Positions 49,272 to 59,400 of a DNA stretch of 64,000 nucleotides are shown here, one piece after another. Numbering within the stretch: the first letter of the stretch is position 1; the number at the start of each line of letters is the position of its first letter. The notes beneath the pieces are model-generated. The model saw only the letters and a list, made by a program, of their open reading frames with translations, was not told where the DNA came from and did not search any database. Origin of the DNA: an uncultured virus (IMG/VR IMGVR_UViG_3300009167_000001) (Duplodnaviria; Heunggongvirae; Uroviricota; Caudoviricetes); the IMG/VR virus record IMGVR_UViG_3300009167_000001. The stretch is one strand, 5' to 3'. A program made the position numbers and the translations under genes.

Positions 49272-51140
49272 ATGCAAATATTCTTACCAACCTCTGAAAG
49301 AGAAGATTTTCAGTACTTTCTTCAAGAGAAAACAGAAGTTACTCATTATGTAGCTTTTTACAGAACAAATAATGGAGTTTATTCTCAACTTGCCTGGGAT
49401 GATGTAACTTTAACTTATGATAAAGTAAAAGAGTTTTGGGCTGAATATGACACAAGGAATAGAGCTATCTATTCGCTGGAAGATGGATTTGTAATATCTG
49501 CTGCTGAAGATGAAAAATTTACACATTTTTTCTATGGTAATCTCACTGGCTCTGGTTTGTCAAGAAAAGAATCAGATTTTACTGTGGATGCTGCTGTTTG
49601 TGCGTCTAAACTTGAAATAGATTTTCCACTGGCAGTAGAGTTTAATCCATCTAATTATTACATGATTAGAAATGTTCCTACCATAATTCTTCTTGGTAGA
49701 GAAGTATGGAGAAATCAAGGACAATATGCTCTTGTAAATAGTCCACAAGGCGTGGCGTTTAGAAATTTGGCGAACCTTATATTTATGCCAAACTCTATGG
49801 TTACTATGGAGAGTCTCTATTTCATTCAGGAAAATCGAGCTAACTGCATAGTATTACCGTTTTGTGTTATTAGAAAAAATGAATTAGGCTTTGGTAACAC
49901 TATCTTACTAAACTCAGTAATGTTTAGTGAAGATACAATGAGTGGAATAAAATCTATCTTTGAATTGCTGAAAGAGGATTTCTTCTGGAAGAAACTTCTT
50001 ATTCCTCTTGCCTTTACTGACTTTGAAACTTTAAAAACTGAGCTTGAAAACCAGGAAATTCCACTGGCCTTGCAAGCCAAGGCATTTATTCTTCAATCAA
50101 AAAATGGTCTACTGCTTGACATAAAGACTTTGAATGAAGCAAATGCAATTATTTCTGAAGAAATAAGCGAGCTTATTACAGAAATAACAGATAAAAAACT
50201 AACAATAGACCGGGGAGAGCAGCAGATAGCTGAGAAACAAAAGGAGTTTGAGAGTGCATTAAGTTCTACTAAGCTTGAAGACGAATTTAAGAAAGTAGAA
50301 ACTCTTCCCTATGTTACAAAGTTGACTTTTACTTCTGAGGGAATGGCAGTTTATACAGAACCTATTCAAATTGATAATGGACCTTTTCTTGGTGGATATA
50401 AGATTGTTTACAATCCAGCCACAAGGAAATTGGCAATTTTCAATGAAGTTAATCCAGTAACTAAGGATGGCCTATTAGCGCATCCTCATGTACCGCAGGG
50501 TGGTCTACCTTGTTTTGGTAATTATAGTGATATCTTTTTCAGGTTTGGTACAGGAGAATTTTATGTAGCCATAGAAGAATTGTATAGATTCTTAGGTGCA
50601 TATAATCCAGAAGATACCTGGGGAAGACGTATGTTATATTGGGATGATGAATTTTACTACAAGGATATGAAAGAGCGAGAGCTTCTCCATCTATTAGGAG
50701 ATGCTCATGATAGAAGATATCATGAAATAACAGGTGAACATTTGCCTTGCATAACAATTTGTTCTGAATGTGGTGAACCTGCGCGTACTTGTGCTTGTAA
50801 TATTTGTGAAGTATGCCAAAGACCGGAAGATGAATGTGAATGTTGGATTTGCACAAGATGTGGTGGAAATATAGATAATGGGGATTGTTATTGTGATAGA
50901 TGTGACCAATGCCATGAACTAGATGAAAACTGTGAATGTGATAGGTGCGAAGATTGTGAGGGTCTTCTAGACTATAACCATTACGGTTTGAATGGAGCTT
51001 GTGAATGTCCTAGATGCCCTGATAATTATGACCATAGAATTGATGAAGATGAAGATGAAACTTGTATGGAATGTCATGAATGGGAATGTCAGTATAATCA
51101 GAATAATGAGCCTCATCAAGAAGAAAGGTTGTTTGAATAA
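49272..51140 (+). CDS. Multidomain E2 (UBC-fold)-like protein with coiled coil and Cys-rich C-terminal repeats
   Basis: HPHV...G.PCFG followed by helices and 'YNPED'; repeated CxxC...CxC tail; AAGGAG SD. Confidence 0.75.
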   Translation: MQIFLPTSEREDFQYFLQEKTEVTHYVAFYRTNNGVYSQLAWDDVTLTYDKVKEFWAEYDTRNRAIYSLEDGFVISAAEDEKFTHFFYGNLTGSGLSRKESDFTVDAAVCASKLEIDFPLAVEFNPSNYYMIRNVPTIILLGREVWRNQGQYALVNSPQGVAFRNLANLIFMPNSMVTMESLYFIQENRANCIVLPFCVIRKNELGFGNTILLNSVMFSEDTMSGIKSIFELLKEDFFWKKLLIPLAFTDFETLKTELENQEIPLALQAKAFILQSKNGLLLDIKTLNEANAIISEEISELITEITDKKLTIDRGEQQIAEKQKEFESALSSTKLEDEFKKVETLPYVTKLTFTSEGMAVYTEPIQIDNGPFLGGYKIVYNPATRKLAIFNEVNPVTKDGLLAHPHVPQGGLPCFGNYSDIFFRFGTGEFYVAIEELYRFLGAYNPEDTWGRRMLYWDDEFYYKDMKERELLHLLGDAHDRRYHEITGEHLPCITICSECGEPARTCACNICEVCQRPEDECECWICTRCGGNIDNGDCYCDRCDQCHELDENCECDRCEDCEGLLDYNHYGLNGACECPRCPDNYDHRIDEDEDETCMECHEWECQYNQNNEPHQEERLFE

Positions 51141-51943
51141 TGGAAACTCCTAAAACAACTTTGTGGATTCCTCCAGAACTTTATGCAGAATTAATGTATT
51201 ATGCTCATAATGTAAACACAGAAATCGGTGGTTATGGTTTAATTGAGATTGATAAGGAACACAATGACCTGTTAGTTGGAGAAGTGTTTCTCACTGAACA
51301 AGAAGTTCATGGTTCAAAATGTGACCTTTCTGCTGCTGGTCTAGCAATTTATATGGAAGATTTAATTGCTAGGGGAGAACAAGATAAAATTGAACAGATT
51401 ACTTTGTGGTGGCACTCTCATGTAAATATGTCACCATCACATTCTGGTCAAGATGAAGATACAATGCTTGAATGGCCTAGCAATTATGTGGTATCCCTGG
51501 TAATAAATCGCAAGGGAGATATGAAAGCTCGTCTAATGTCTAAAACTCCAGTAATAGTTGCAGGAGATATAGATGTAGCAGTTGACTGGCTTGATAATGA
51601 AAGTGCTGAAGTATTAAATCAAACTATAGAAGATAAGGTAAAGGAATATACTCCCCCAAAGCCCGAGATAGTTGTTCAGGGTCAATTGCAACCAACTCCA
51701 AGAGGAAATGGTGGATACAGCCCGTATGGATGGCCTCAAAATTATTGGGGCGGTTATCAAAGCTGTATGGATAAAAAGCCAGAGAAAAAGGCTCATGAAC
51801 TAACTGATTCTGAATGGAAAAATGAGCAAGAACGGCTTGATGCCGAAATAAATGCCTGGGAAAACAATGATATTGAAGGAATCATCAAGTATGGTGGTCT
51901 AGATGAAGCTGAAGCTAAGGCAATAAGAGAAATGTGGGATTAG
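51140..51943 (+). CDS. JAB/MPN+ metalloprotease (deubiquitinase-like)
   Basis: N-terminal EIGG and WWHSHVNMSPSHSGQD (HxH-x7-S-xx-D). Confidence 0.85.
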   Translation: METPKTTLWIPPELYAELMYYAHNVNTEIGGYGLIEIDKEHNDLLVGEVFLTEQEVHGSKCDLSAAGLAIYMEDLIARGEQDKIEQITLWWHSHVNMSPSHSGQDEDTMLEWPSNYVVSLVINRKGDMKARLMSKTPVIVAGDIDVAVDWLDNESAEVLNQTIEDKVKEYTPPKPEIVVQGQLQPTPRGNGGYSPYGWPQNYWGGYQSCMDKKPEKKAHELTDSEWKNEQERLDAEINAWENNDIEGIIKYGGLDEAEAKAIREMWD

Positions 51944-52602
51944 TTATGACTGAAGCTTACACTAGAAGTATAGGAATTTTCAACCCCGATAATTCCCGAC
52001 CAGTAGCTATTCTTGGTTGTGGTTCTGTTGGTTCTTTCGTAGCCTTGACATTAGCCAAAATGGGAGTACAATCTCTACATCTTTGGGATGGTGACACGGT
52101 TGGAGAAGAAAACATTGGTTGCCAGAATTTTGGTTGGGAACACTTGGGTATGCCAAAGGTTGAAGCAGTAAAAGAAGTCATAATGGCTAATTCTCCAGTT
52201 AAGAGTGAGAATATCCATTGTCACAATGAGTTTATCGGACCAGACACTAGGTTGCCAAAGATTATCACTGTTGTAGCAGTTGATAGCATGACAATACGAC
52301 ATTTGATTTGGGATAAGCTCAAGAACAAAGTACCATTGATAGTCGATGGGCGCGTAGGTGGGCAGATAGTAAGAGTATTTAATGTACTTCCGACAGAAGA
52401 ATTCTCAATATACTATGAGAAATATCTTGTGCCAGAAGAAAAGGCATTAGAGCTTCCATGTACCGAAAGAAATGTCGCCTATGTTGCCAATATAGTACAA
52501 GCTATAATAGGGAGAGCCATACGAAATTTTATTGTAAATGGAAGAGTGGAGAAAGAAATCGGTATTGATGTTGCTACATTTATTAACTATGTAAAGGAAT
52601 AA
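51934..52602 (+). CDS. ThiF/E1-like Ubl-activating enzyme
   Basis: GCGSVGS, LAKMGV, DGDTV...NI..Q, G.PKV, AVDS, DGRVG; candidate catalytic Cys in ELPCTER. Confidence 0.9.
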   Translation: MGLVMTEAYTRSIGIFNPDNSRPVAILGCGSVGSFVALTLAKMGVQSLHLWDGDTVGEENIGCQNFGWEHLGMPKVEAVKEVIMANSPVKSENIHCHNEFIGPDTRLPKIITVVAVDSMTIRHLIWDKLKNKVPLIVDGRVGGQIVRVFNVLPTEEFSIYYEKYLVPEEKALELPCTERNVAYVANIVQAIIGRAIRNFIVNGRVEKEIGIDVATFINYVKE

Positions 52603-52850
52603 TGATGAAAGAAAATAAAGCATTCTCTATAACCCCTGCTGAAATTCCTCCGAGAAAAGGAAAATCCAGCAAATATGTTGCTAGTGTAGAACAATTTTTA
52701 GCCTCAAATGAAAAGGCTGGAAAAATAACGCCAGAAGGCATAAAACTCAATGCGGTGTATTCTGGCTTTCATAGAGCAATAAAAAACGGATACTCTGACA
52801 AAGTAACCCTTTGTAGGGTAGATGGAGAGCTTTATATTGAAAAGCTCTAA
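52602..52850 (+). CDS. Small basic hypothetical protein coupled to the E1 gene
   Basis: 82 aa; start overlaps the E1 stop; IPPRKGKSSKY. Confidence 0.5.
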   Translation: MMKENKAFSITPAEIPPRKGKSSKYVASVEQFLASNEKAGKITPEGIKLNAVYSGFHRAIKNGYSDKVTLCRVDGELYIEKL

Positions 52851-53760
52851 TCTTCCTAGAAAGGAAAACTAACATGGCTTGGTTAGCTAAATTTGTGGAG
52901 TATCTTCTTACTAGGAAGAAATGAGTTGCCCGTGAATCTTAATATGAATTCCTTGTTCGAAGACTATAAGAAACAAACAAGTGAAATAACTTCTGTTGGA
53001 GAAGCTCTGATTCTTCTGGAAGATATATATGAAATTGACCCTGATGAAGTAGCTGATTTATATGTAATATTTCATGAGCTTATAGTTGATAAGTTAAAAA
53101 GTTCCTCCCATAGATGCAAAAGCAAGGACAAACACATTAATGAAAAGGTTGAGTTAATGCTTGATGCATTTTTCTTTGGTATGTTTGTAGCTGATGAAAC
53201 TTGTTGGAACTGGCCTGATAAAAAGTAATCTAATATGGGGGTGAGCCTACCTCCTGGTGCCGTTTTTACTAGTTTTCCGGTCAAAAAATAGGCAAATAAA
53301 ACTAGTAAGACAGTTTGAATCCCGTGTCTTAGTATGTGGAGAAACAGTTTTTGAACCTGATTTTGCTTGTTACCCACAAGCTAAACCTTCTGCATCTAAA
53401 TCAGGAAAGAAACTGCAACTGTTTGACGCTAGGACATATTATCTAAGAATGGAGAAGAGATATGTATCATATCAAGTATGAAACTAATGGGATAGAACGT
53501 GACTATGCTGATAGCTATCCAGATAAACGAAATGCTGTAGATGAAGCAGTTAGAATCTCCTTAGTTCTAAGTGAGTTACTGCCTTTCACTATAACTGTAT
53601 ATAAGGAAATCCCTTATTGTACTCCTGTGCAAGTATTCAGGATAGTCAACTATGATGAGTTTAACTAATAAGTGCAACACTTTCACGAACACTCTATATT
53701 ATAATACTAATAAGGGTTATAGAGAGTTAATAATACTATATTGTATACAGGAGACTTCAC

Positions 53761-54165
53761 ATGGGGAAAGTAAGGGAAGAGGAATTTATCCCTTTCAATA
53801 TTGGTCCAATTGATAAAGTGCCGAAATCTAAGCAGGGTTTCAATGACAAAAAGGTGGAAGATTGGAACTGGCTGGACTTCTGGAATTATTTCGAATCTAA
53901 ACACAAAGAAGTTCTTGGCAAAGAACACTGGTATAATTTCCAGCAGAGAAACGCTAAAAAAGGAATTATCGAACAGTCTTATGGCTATTGGGGAAAAGAC
54001 GTTTTCAAGGCCATGATAGACTGGCTGTATGAGAACTATCGACAGTATCCTCAGTGGAACGACATTCATATTGGCCTTGTTTGTGGAGCGCACGGATGGG
54101 CTAAGTTAATTGGTCAGCAAGCCAAGAAACAAATCGAGCTTGACAATCATTGGAAAGGCGAGTAA
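53761..54165 (+). CDS. Hypothetical protein, possibly replication initiator-related
   Basis: Precedes loader-like, helicase and primase genes; AT-rich spacer upstream. Confidence 0.35.
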   Translation: MGKVREEEFIPFNIGPIDKVPKSKQGFNDKKVEDWNWLDFWNYFESKHKEVLGKEHWYNFQQRNAKKGIIEQSYGYWGKDVFKAMIDWLYENYRQYPQWNDIHIGLVCGAHGWAKLIGQQAKKQIELDNHWKGE

Positions 54166-54379
54166 GCTATGAAAATCGGGGAGTATGAATTTCCTGATAA
54201 TTGCCCTGAGAATTGTCCAGACAGGCAGTATATGGAACGGTTCGATATGAGCAGTATGTGTTTTAGATGCCCAGTATTAAATTGTGGTGGTCCAGAAGAA
54301 ACTAGAATGATGAGGCCAGAATCTTACGATTTGGAAATGGCGAAGAATTGGCATGAATGGTTTAAGGAGAATGGAGTAA

Positions 54380-54931
54380 TTGACTAAAAAAGAACTTTAT
54401 CATTTATGTTTAGCCAATGGTGTTCCTCCGCTTATTTATAAGTGGTCCTTTACTGAGTGGGATAATGAATGTATCAAGAAAAAGATTGGGCCAGCTATCT
54501 ATGATATTGATGATTGGATTCAAGCTAGAAACATTCTTTACATTCAGCTTAAAGATACCGCTATTGGTAGTAGGATAGGAGCAACCTTTCTTAAAGCGGC
54601 CTTTCTTGCTGGGTTTATGGGTAGTAGATATACCAATCCTGAAAATATCTCTGGTTATCAAAGAGAAGATTGGTATGAGGAAGGCGATGTTTACACTAAT
54701 TTAACTAAAGCCGATTTTCTAGTTGTAGACAAGGTAACAAACAAACTTGAGCCTTGGCAAGTTAAGATTTGGGATAAGTTTGTAGGAGAAAGACTTCTCA
54801 ATGATAGAAGTACAGTATTTGTAGGTCTTGTTAATCATAAAGAAGCCTTTGATAAACGAGCTATAGACCTTCTTAAAGATACTAAGGCTAAAGTTTTAAC
54901 TGATAATGGAATTTTAAATGTTGGGGAATGA
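54380..54931 (+). CDS. Degenerate DnaC/IstB-like helicase loader
   Basis: 'GVP......SF..W', 'ADFLVVDKV', 'ERL...RSTVF'; Walker A not intact. Confidence 0.45.
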   Translation: MTKKELYHLCLANGVPPLIYKWSFTEWDNECIKKKIGPAIYDIDDWIQARNILYIQLKDTAIGSRIGATFLKAAFLAGFMGSRYTNPENISGYQREDWYEEGDVYTNLTKADFLVVDKVTNKLEPWQVKIWDKFVGERLLNDRSTVFVGLVNHKEAFDKRAIDLLKDTKAKVLTDNGILNVGE

Positions 54932-55721
54932 TTTGTCAAATAAAATGGCTCCAGTATTAGCTTTCAATTTTGAGCGTGTTGTTTGCCAAAGATTTGAAAA
55001 GAGATTGTTCAAATATAACTATGAAATAGACAAACAACACGTTCATTCTATAAATCAGCTTTTCTATAAAGATTTTAGTATCTTCTATGTGACCTTTAAA
55101 TATCCTGGTGGAAAGTTAGATAGGCTTGAAGATGAATTAGATGATTTGGGCTGTATGTTTAATGGAACAATGAGAGTTAACGATATAGATTCCTTGCTCT
55201 TTTGGTTTAGACAGCAAAGTGCAGGATGGTACTATGATACTGATAAAAATGTAGTACAAGCATTGTATCCTTTCGGCCAATTATGGCAAGAACACATGGT
55301 ACAAATCTGGAATAAGGAAATAAAATGAAAGACTCCCTTAGAGGGAAATTGTTAGTAGCATCAAGTATTAGTCTAGGACTTGGTGTTGCGAATGTGCTTA
55401 CAGCAATACTACTTTTTAATATGGAGAGTATTTATTTTGGATGGTTAGGAATAGCTAATCTATTTATAGGTACTCTAATTTGGTGGGTAATATATCAAGA
55501 TGATAAGGAGTAGAAGTGAGAGAGATTTTTGATACAGGAGATAAAGTAAAAGTTCATCCCAATACTCCAGAGGATTGCAAGGAGTGTAAATACCCATGTG
55601 AAGGAAAAATTGGGGAAGTTACATATGTGTATAGTGATGGATATAGCTATGGGGTGAGATTTGGTGATAGGATTGAAGAGGATTGTGATTTTTCTATAGA
55701 AGAACTGGAGTTGATTAGTGA

Positions 55722-57002
55722 ATGAACATTGAAGTCGGGTTAATTTCTAAAATTGAAAACAAGGAAAACTATCTTCATGTTCTTAATGAGCGAATAAAAA
55801 AGGACTTTTTTGAAGAACATGATGAGGTATTTGAGGCAATTTCGAGTCATTATAGCAAGTATGGTGCTGTGCCTGAGCGAGAAACTTTGCAAAAAGCCTT
55901 TCCTAACTTTCAATTTTATGAGGGAGAAGAGCCACTTCAATTCTTCATTGACAAGATAAAAGAGCAGTATAAGAAGAAGTTATTCAATACGACTCTTCCA
56001 AAAGTAGCTGAGTTATTACCAACAGATATTAATGAAGCTGAAAAGTTGTTGCAGAATCTTCTCTCTACTTCTAAGGGTGCGATAAGAACAGGAACTACAA
56101 TTGATTCACGCGCCAGTACTGACACAAGAATTGCTCTTTATGAGAATAGAGAAGCTAATCTTGGAATTGATGGTTATTCTACATCGTGGGATTACCTAGA
56201 CAATTTAACTTGTGGCTATCATCCTGGAGAATTGATTGTTTGGATGGGTAGAGCTAAGATGTGTAAAACTTGGTTATTAACTTGGCAGTTCCATCATATT
56301 TGGAAAGAACACAATGCTCCTTCCTTGCTCGTAACTAAGGAAATAAGTCCAGATGCTATTCAGTGGCGTTTTGATGCCATAGAGTGTAGATTACCTTATG
56401 AAGCATTAAGACACGGAGAACTTTCTCCTGCTCAGAAAGATGCCTGGACTAACAGAATCAAAGATATTGAAAAAAGAACTGTACTTGGAGAATTAAATCC
56501 TTATGCAATAAAAGGGTTTGATTTAACAGATGGTTCTTCTGGAGTTTCTAGTATTATCCCTTATGTTGAGCAATATTTAGGTGATGGTGGTGTTTTATTT
56601 GTTGATGGTCTTTATCTCATTCCAGATGATAGGGGTGAGAGTGAGTGGCGTGGAATAGTTAATGTTGCTACAGACCTAAAAATTCTAGCTCAAACATATA
56701 ATATCCCAGTGATTGCTACAACTCAGCAATCAATGGAAGATAAATCTGATGTTCCAAGATTGGAGAATGCAGCATATGGAAAGTACATTGTTCAATATGC
56801 CGACGCTATTATCGGCATTGGGCGTAGTGATATTGATAGGAAAGCTAATAGAGGAATTATATATATCCTTGGTCAAAGAGAAGGAGATATAGGAAGCTTC
56901 CCAATAAATATGAGATTTGACCCCATAGACTTTTCTCAAGCACAAGATAAAAGTGTCGATGATAAAGATTATAATGAAGATGATGAGGTTATAAATGTAT
57001 GA
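55722..57002 (+). CDS. dnaB: DnaB-like replicative helicase
   Basis: LD.LT.G.HPGELIV..GRAKMCKT, LFVDGLYL, LK.LA....IPVI...Q, QYAD. Confidence 0.85.
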   Translation: MNIEVGLISKIENKENYLHVLNERIKKDFFEEHDEVFEAISSHYSKYGAVPERETLQKAFPNFQFYEGEEPLQFFIDKIKEQYKKKLFNTTLPKVAELLPTDINEAEKLLQNLLSTSKGAIRTGTTIDSRASTDTRIALYENREANLGIDGYSTSWDYLDNLTCGYHPGELIVWMGRAKMCKTWLLTWQFHHIWKEHNAPSLLVTKEISPDAIQWRFDAIECRLPYEALRHGELSPAQKDAWTNRIKDIEKRTVLGELNPYAIKGFDLTDGSSGVSSIIPYVEQYLGDGGVLFVDGLYLIPDDRGESEWRGIVNVATDLKILAQTYNIPVIATTQQSMEDKSDVPRLENAAYGKYIVQYADAIIGIGRSDIDRKANRGIIYILGQREGDIGSFPINMRFDPIDFSQAQDKSVDDKDYNEDDEVINV

Positions 57003-57598
57003 TAGATATATCACTTATGATTGTGAGGATGAAAATTGGGTTGGGGAGTGGATAAATGTACCAGCATTTAACTTGGAGAGTGATGGATGGACGATTACGA
57101 GGAACTTGAACCCTGTTCAGAGTGTATTTGTAACGAATGCTCGAAAAATGAGTACGATGAATGCCAGATTGGTTGTTTTTATTGTACCAATGCTCTTGAT
57201 TTTTGCGCTCCTAAGTTCTTTTGCTCTAAAAAGGAGGATTAAATGAACTGCGAATGGGAAAATGAGTGCATTTGCATGAAATGTGAATTTAATTCCACTA
57301 TGGGTTGTGGCTGTAAAGAATGTAGTAAACTAGGTAAAGAACCATATTTTGCTGGAGATTGTCAATCGTTCATGGAAGTAGACTATGAGAAATCCATTTA
57401 AAAAGTTTAAAGTTATATGGGCAGGATATTTTTTCCTTATAGCATTGGTTATAAATGCTGTAATGTCTAATGTTTTAAGAATCTTTGGTGTAAATATTGT
57501 GTTTACCAACACAACTAGGGTATTTGTTATTTTACAAATAATTGCTATTGCTACACTTGCTTGGATATTAGGATGGGTAGCTGGTAGCCGTCCAGATA

Positions 57599-58507
57599 AT
57601 GATGATAAATCTTGATGAATTAGCCAAAGAATTAGGGCTTAAAAAGGTAAAGATAAGAGGGGATGAAATACATGCATCCTGTCCATTTTCCGAGAGACAT
57701 TTATCGGGAAGTGATAGTCATCCTAGTTTTTCAATCAATATCGACAAAGGAGTATTCAACTGCTTTAGTTGCGGAAGCAAAGGTACAATTGAGGAATTGG
57801 TTAGCAGAATTAGAGGATTATCAACTACTGAGGCTATATCTCAACTTGAAGAATGGGGATTTAGCAAGCTTGAAAGAGAATTAAGGGAAAAACCAAAAGA
57901 TGAAAGACCTGAATTTCTTCCCGAAGGATTATTACTCTACTATGACAAAGTGGAAGATGCTTTTGCAGAAATTTATCGGGGTGAAGTGGATGAACAAGAT
58001 TGTTTGATTTATCCAGTAAGAACTAATGAAGGAAAACTTGTAGGAGCATTAGCTAGAAGCACAATTGGGCGATGGCATAAAGTTATGTGGAATATGCAAA
58101 AAAGTTACTATCTTTATGGAGAAGAAGCTATTAAATTGGAAGAACCAGTAATAATTGTGGAAGGTCCAGGTGATGTTCTAGCTCTTAGAAAAAGCGGATT
58201 AACTAATGCTGTTGCCTTGATGGGAATTAATTGCTCTAATAAGCAAGCAGAAAGATTACTCAATCTATCCAGCGAATTTGTTGTTTGGTTTGACAAGGAT
58301 AGTGCTGGAATAGAAGGAATAAAGACAATTCACCAGAAACTACGATATCGTGCCAATGTTAGATATGTAGACCCTTGGGAATATCCAGAAATAGAGCCGC
58401 ATGGCGATGCTAAACAAGTATATGAGTCTTGCGGCCAGGAAGCAGTTCAAACTATTGTTGAAGTAGCACAAACTTGGTTACAACACATTTTAAATGGAGA
58501 AGATTAA
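57599..58507 (+). CDS. dnaG: DNA primase (CHC2-type zinc finger plus TOPRIM)
   Basis: CPF...H...D.HPSFSIN...FNCFSCG; IVEG..DVL; AVALMG; FDKD.AG. Confidence 0.88.
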   Translation: MMINLDELAKELGLKKVKIRGDEIHASCPFSERHLSGSDSHPSFSINIDKGVFNCFSCGSKGTIEELVSRIRGLSTTEAISQLEEWGFSKLERELREKPKDERPEFLPEGLLLYYDKVEDAFAEIYRGEVDEQDCLIYPVRTNEGKLVGALARSTIGRWHKVMWNMQKSYYLYGEEAIKLEEPVIIVEGPGDVLALRKSGLTNAVALMGINCSNKQAERLLNLSSEFVVWFDKDSAGIEGIKTIHQKLRYRANVRYVDPWEYPEIEPHGDAKQVYESCGQEAVQTIVEVAQTWLQHILNGED

Positions 58508-59305
58508 ATGCCTGTTAAGAAATTAACCCTTGAAGAAGAGTTTAACAAAATTTGTCGAGACACTCTGGAAAAATGGCTTTCTGATGCATTAGAAAATTTA
58601 CAAGCAGAAATAGAATATGAAGGAGATGTTGAAGCAGGATTAGAAAGTTTTTGTACCACTAATTTGCAAAATCTTTATGATAATATCTTTGATGAGATTT
58701 ATATATGGAGTCAAGACCATATTAAAATGAAATTTGTTCTGGAGTAAAACTATGGTAACTAAGCAAGTAAAAGAGCTTTCTATTGATGAAGAACTAGAAA
58801 GTGTAATTACCGAAAGTTTAAAACAATATTTACCTAGTATTATTGATGAGTTTCATCGAACTATGGAAGAATCAACTAACTTAGAAGAAGGGTTGTCATA
58901 TTTTGTAGATGTTTTCTATGATGATTTTGCTGGTTCATTAGCTGAAGATGTTTGTGTTTGGGTAAGGCAAAACCTAGTTTTTGTGCATTCAGTAGCCAGA
59001 AAATCAGATAGAGAAAATTGAGTCGGCCAAAAAAAAAAGAAGGGATGCTTTTAAAAATGACTCCATTTGAAAAATATATGAGAGAGGTTGTTGAACAGTG
59101 GGTACAAAATCTTCTCAATTGTGAAGACGATTATCTCTCTATGGTGGAATCTAATATGGAAGACGGAGATGGATTAGATACTTTAGCAGGAGATTTTATA
59201 GCAGATTTTGTTGATGTGGAAGAGTTGCAAGGTGCTATTGAAGACGTTGCTAATGATTTGTTAGAAGAACTTGATATTAAAGTAACTGTTAGCTGGAAAT
59301 ACTAG
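58508..59305 (+). other. Three tandem small acidic proteins, possibly paralogous
   Basis: Similar length and helical pattern (LTLEEEF..I.RDTLEKWL / LSIDEEL..VITESLKQYL / MTPFEKYMREVVEQWV). Confidence 0.45.
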
Positions 59306-59313
59306 TTGTAATT

Positions 59314-59400
59314 GGGCGAGTGGCGGAACTGGCAGACGCGCTAGACTTAAAATCTAGTCTTTGGGAAACCGGGGTGCGGGTTCAATTCCCGCCTTGCCCA
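59314..59400 (+). tRNA. tRNA-Leu(UAA)
   Basis: Canonical Leu D arm GGCGGAACTGGCAGACGCG; loop CTTAAAA; long V arm. Confidence 0.92.

Noticed and set aside
51934..52602. Thiamine or molybdopterin biosynthesis role for the ThiF protein
   Set aside because: No ThiG, MoaE or sulfur-relay genes nearby; the neighbours are E2- and JAB-like
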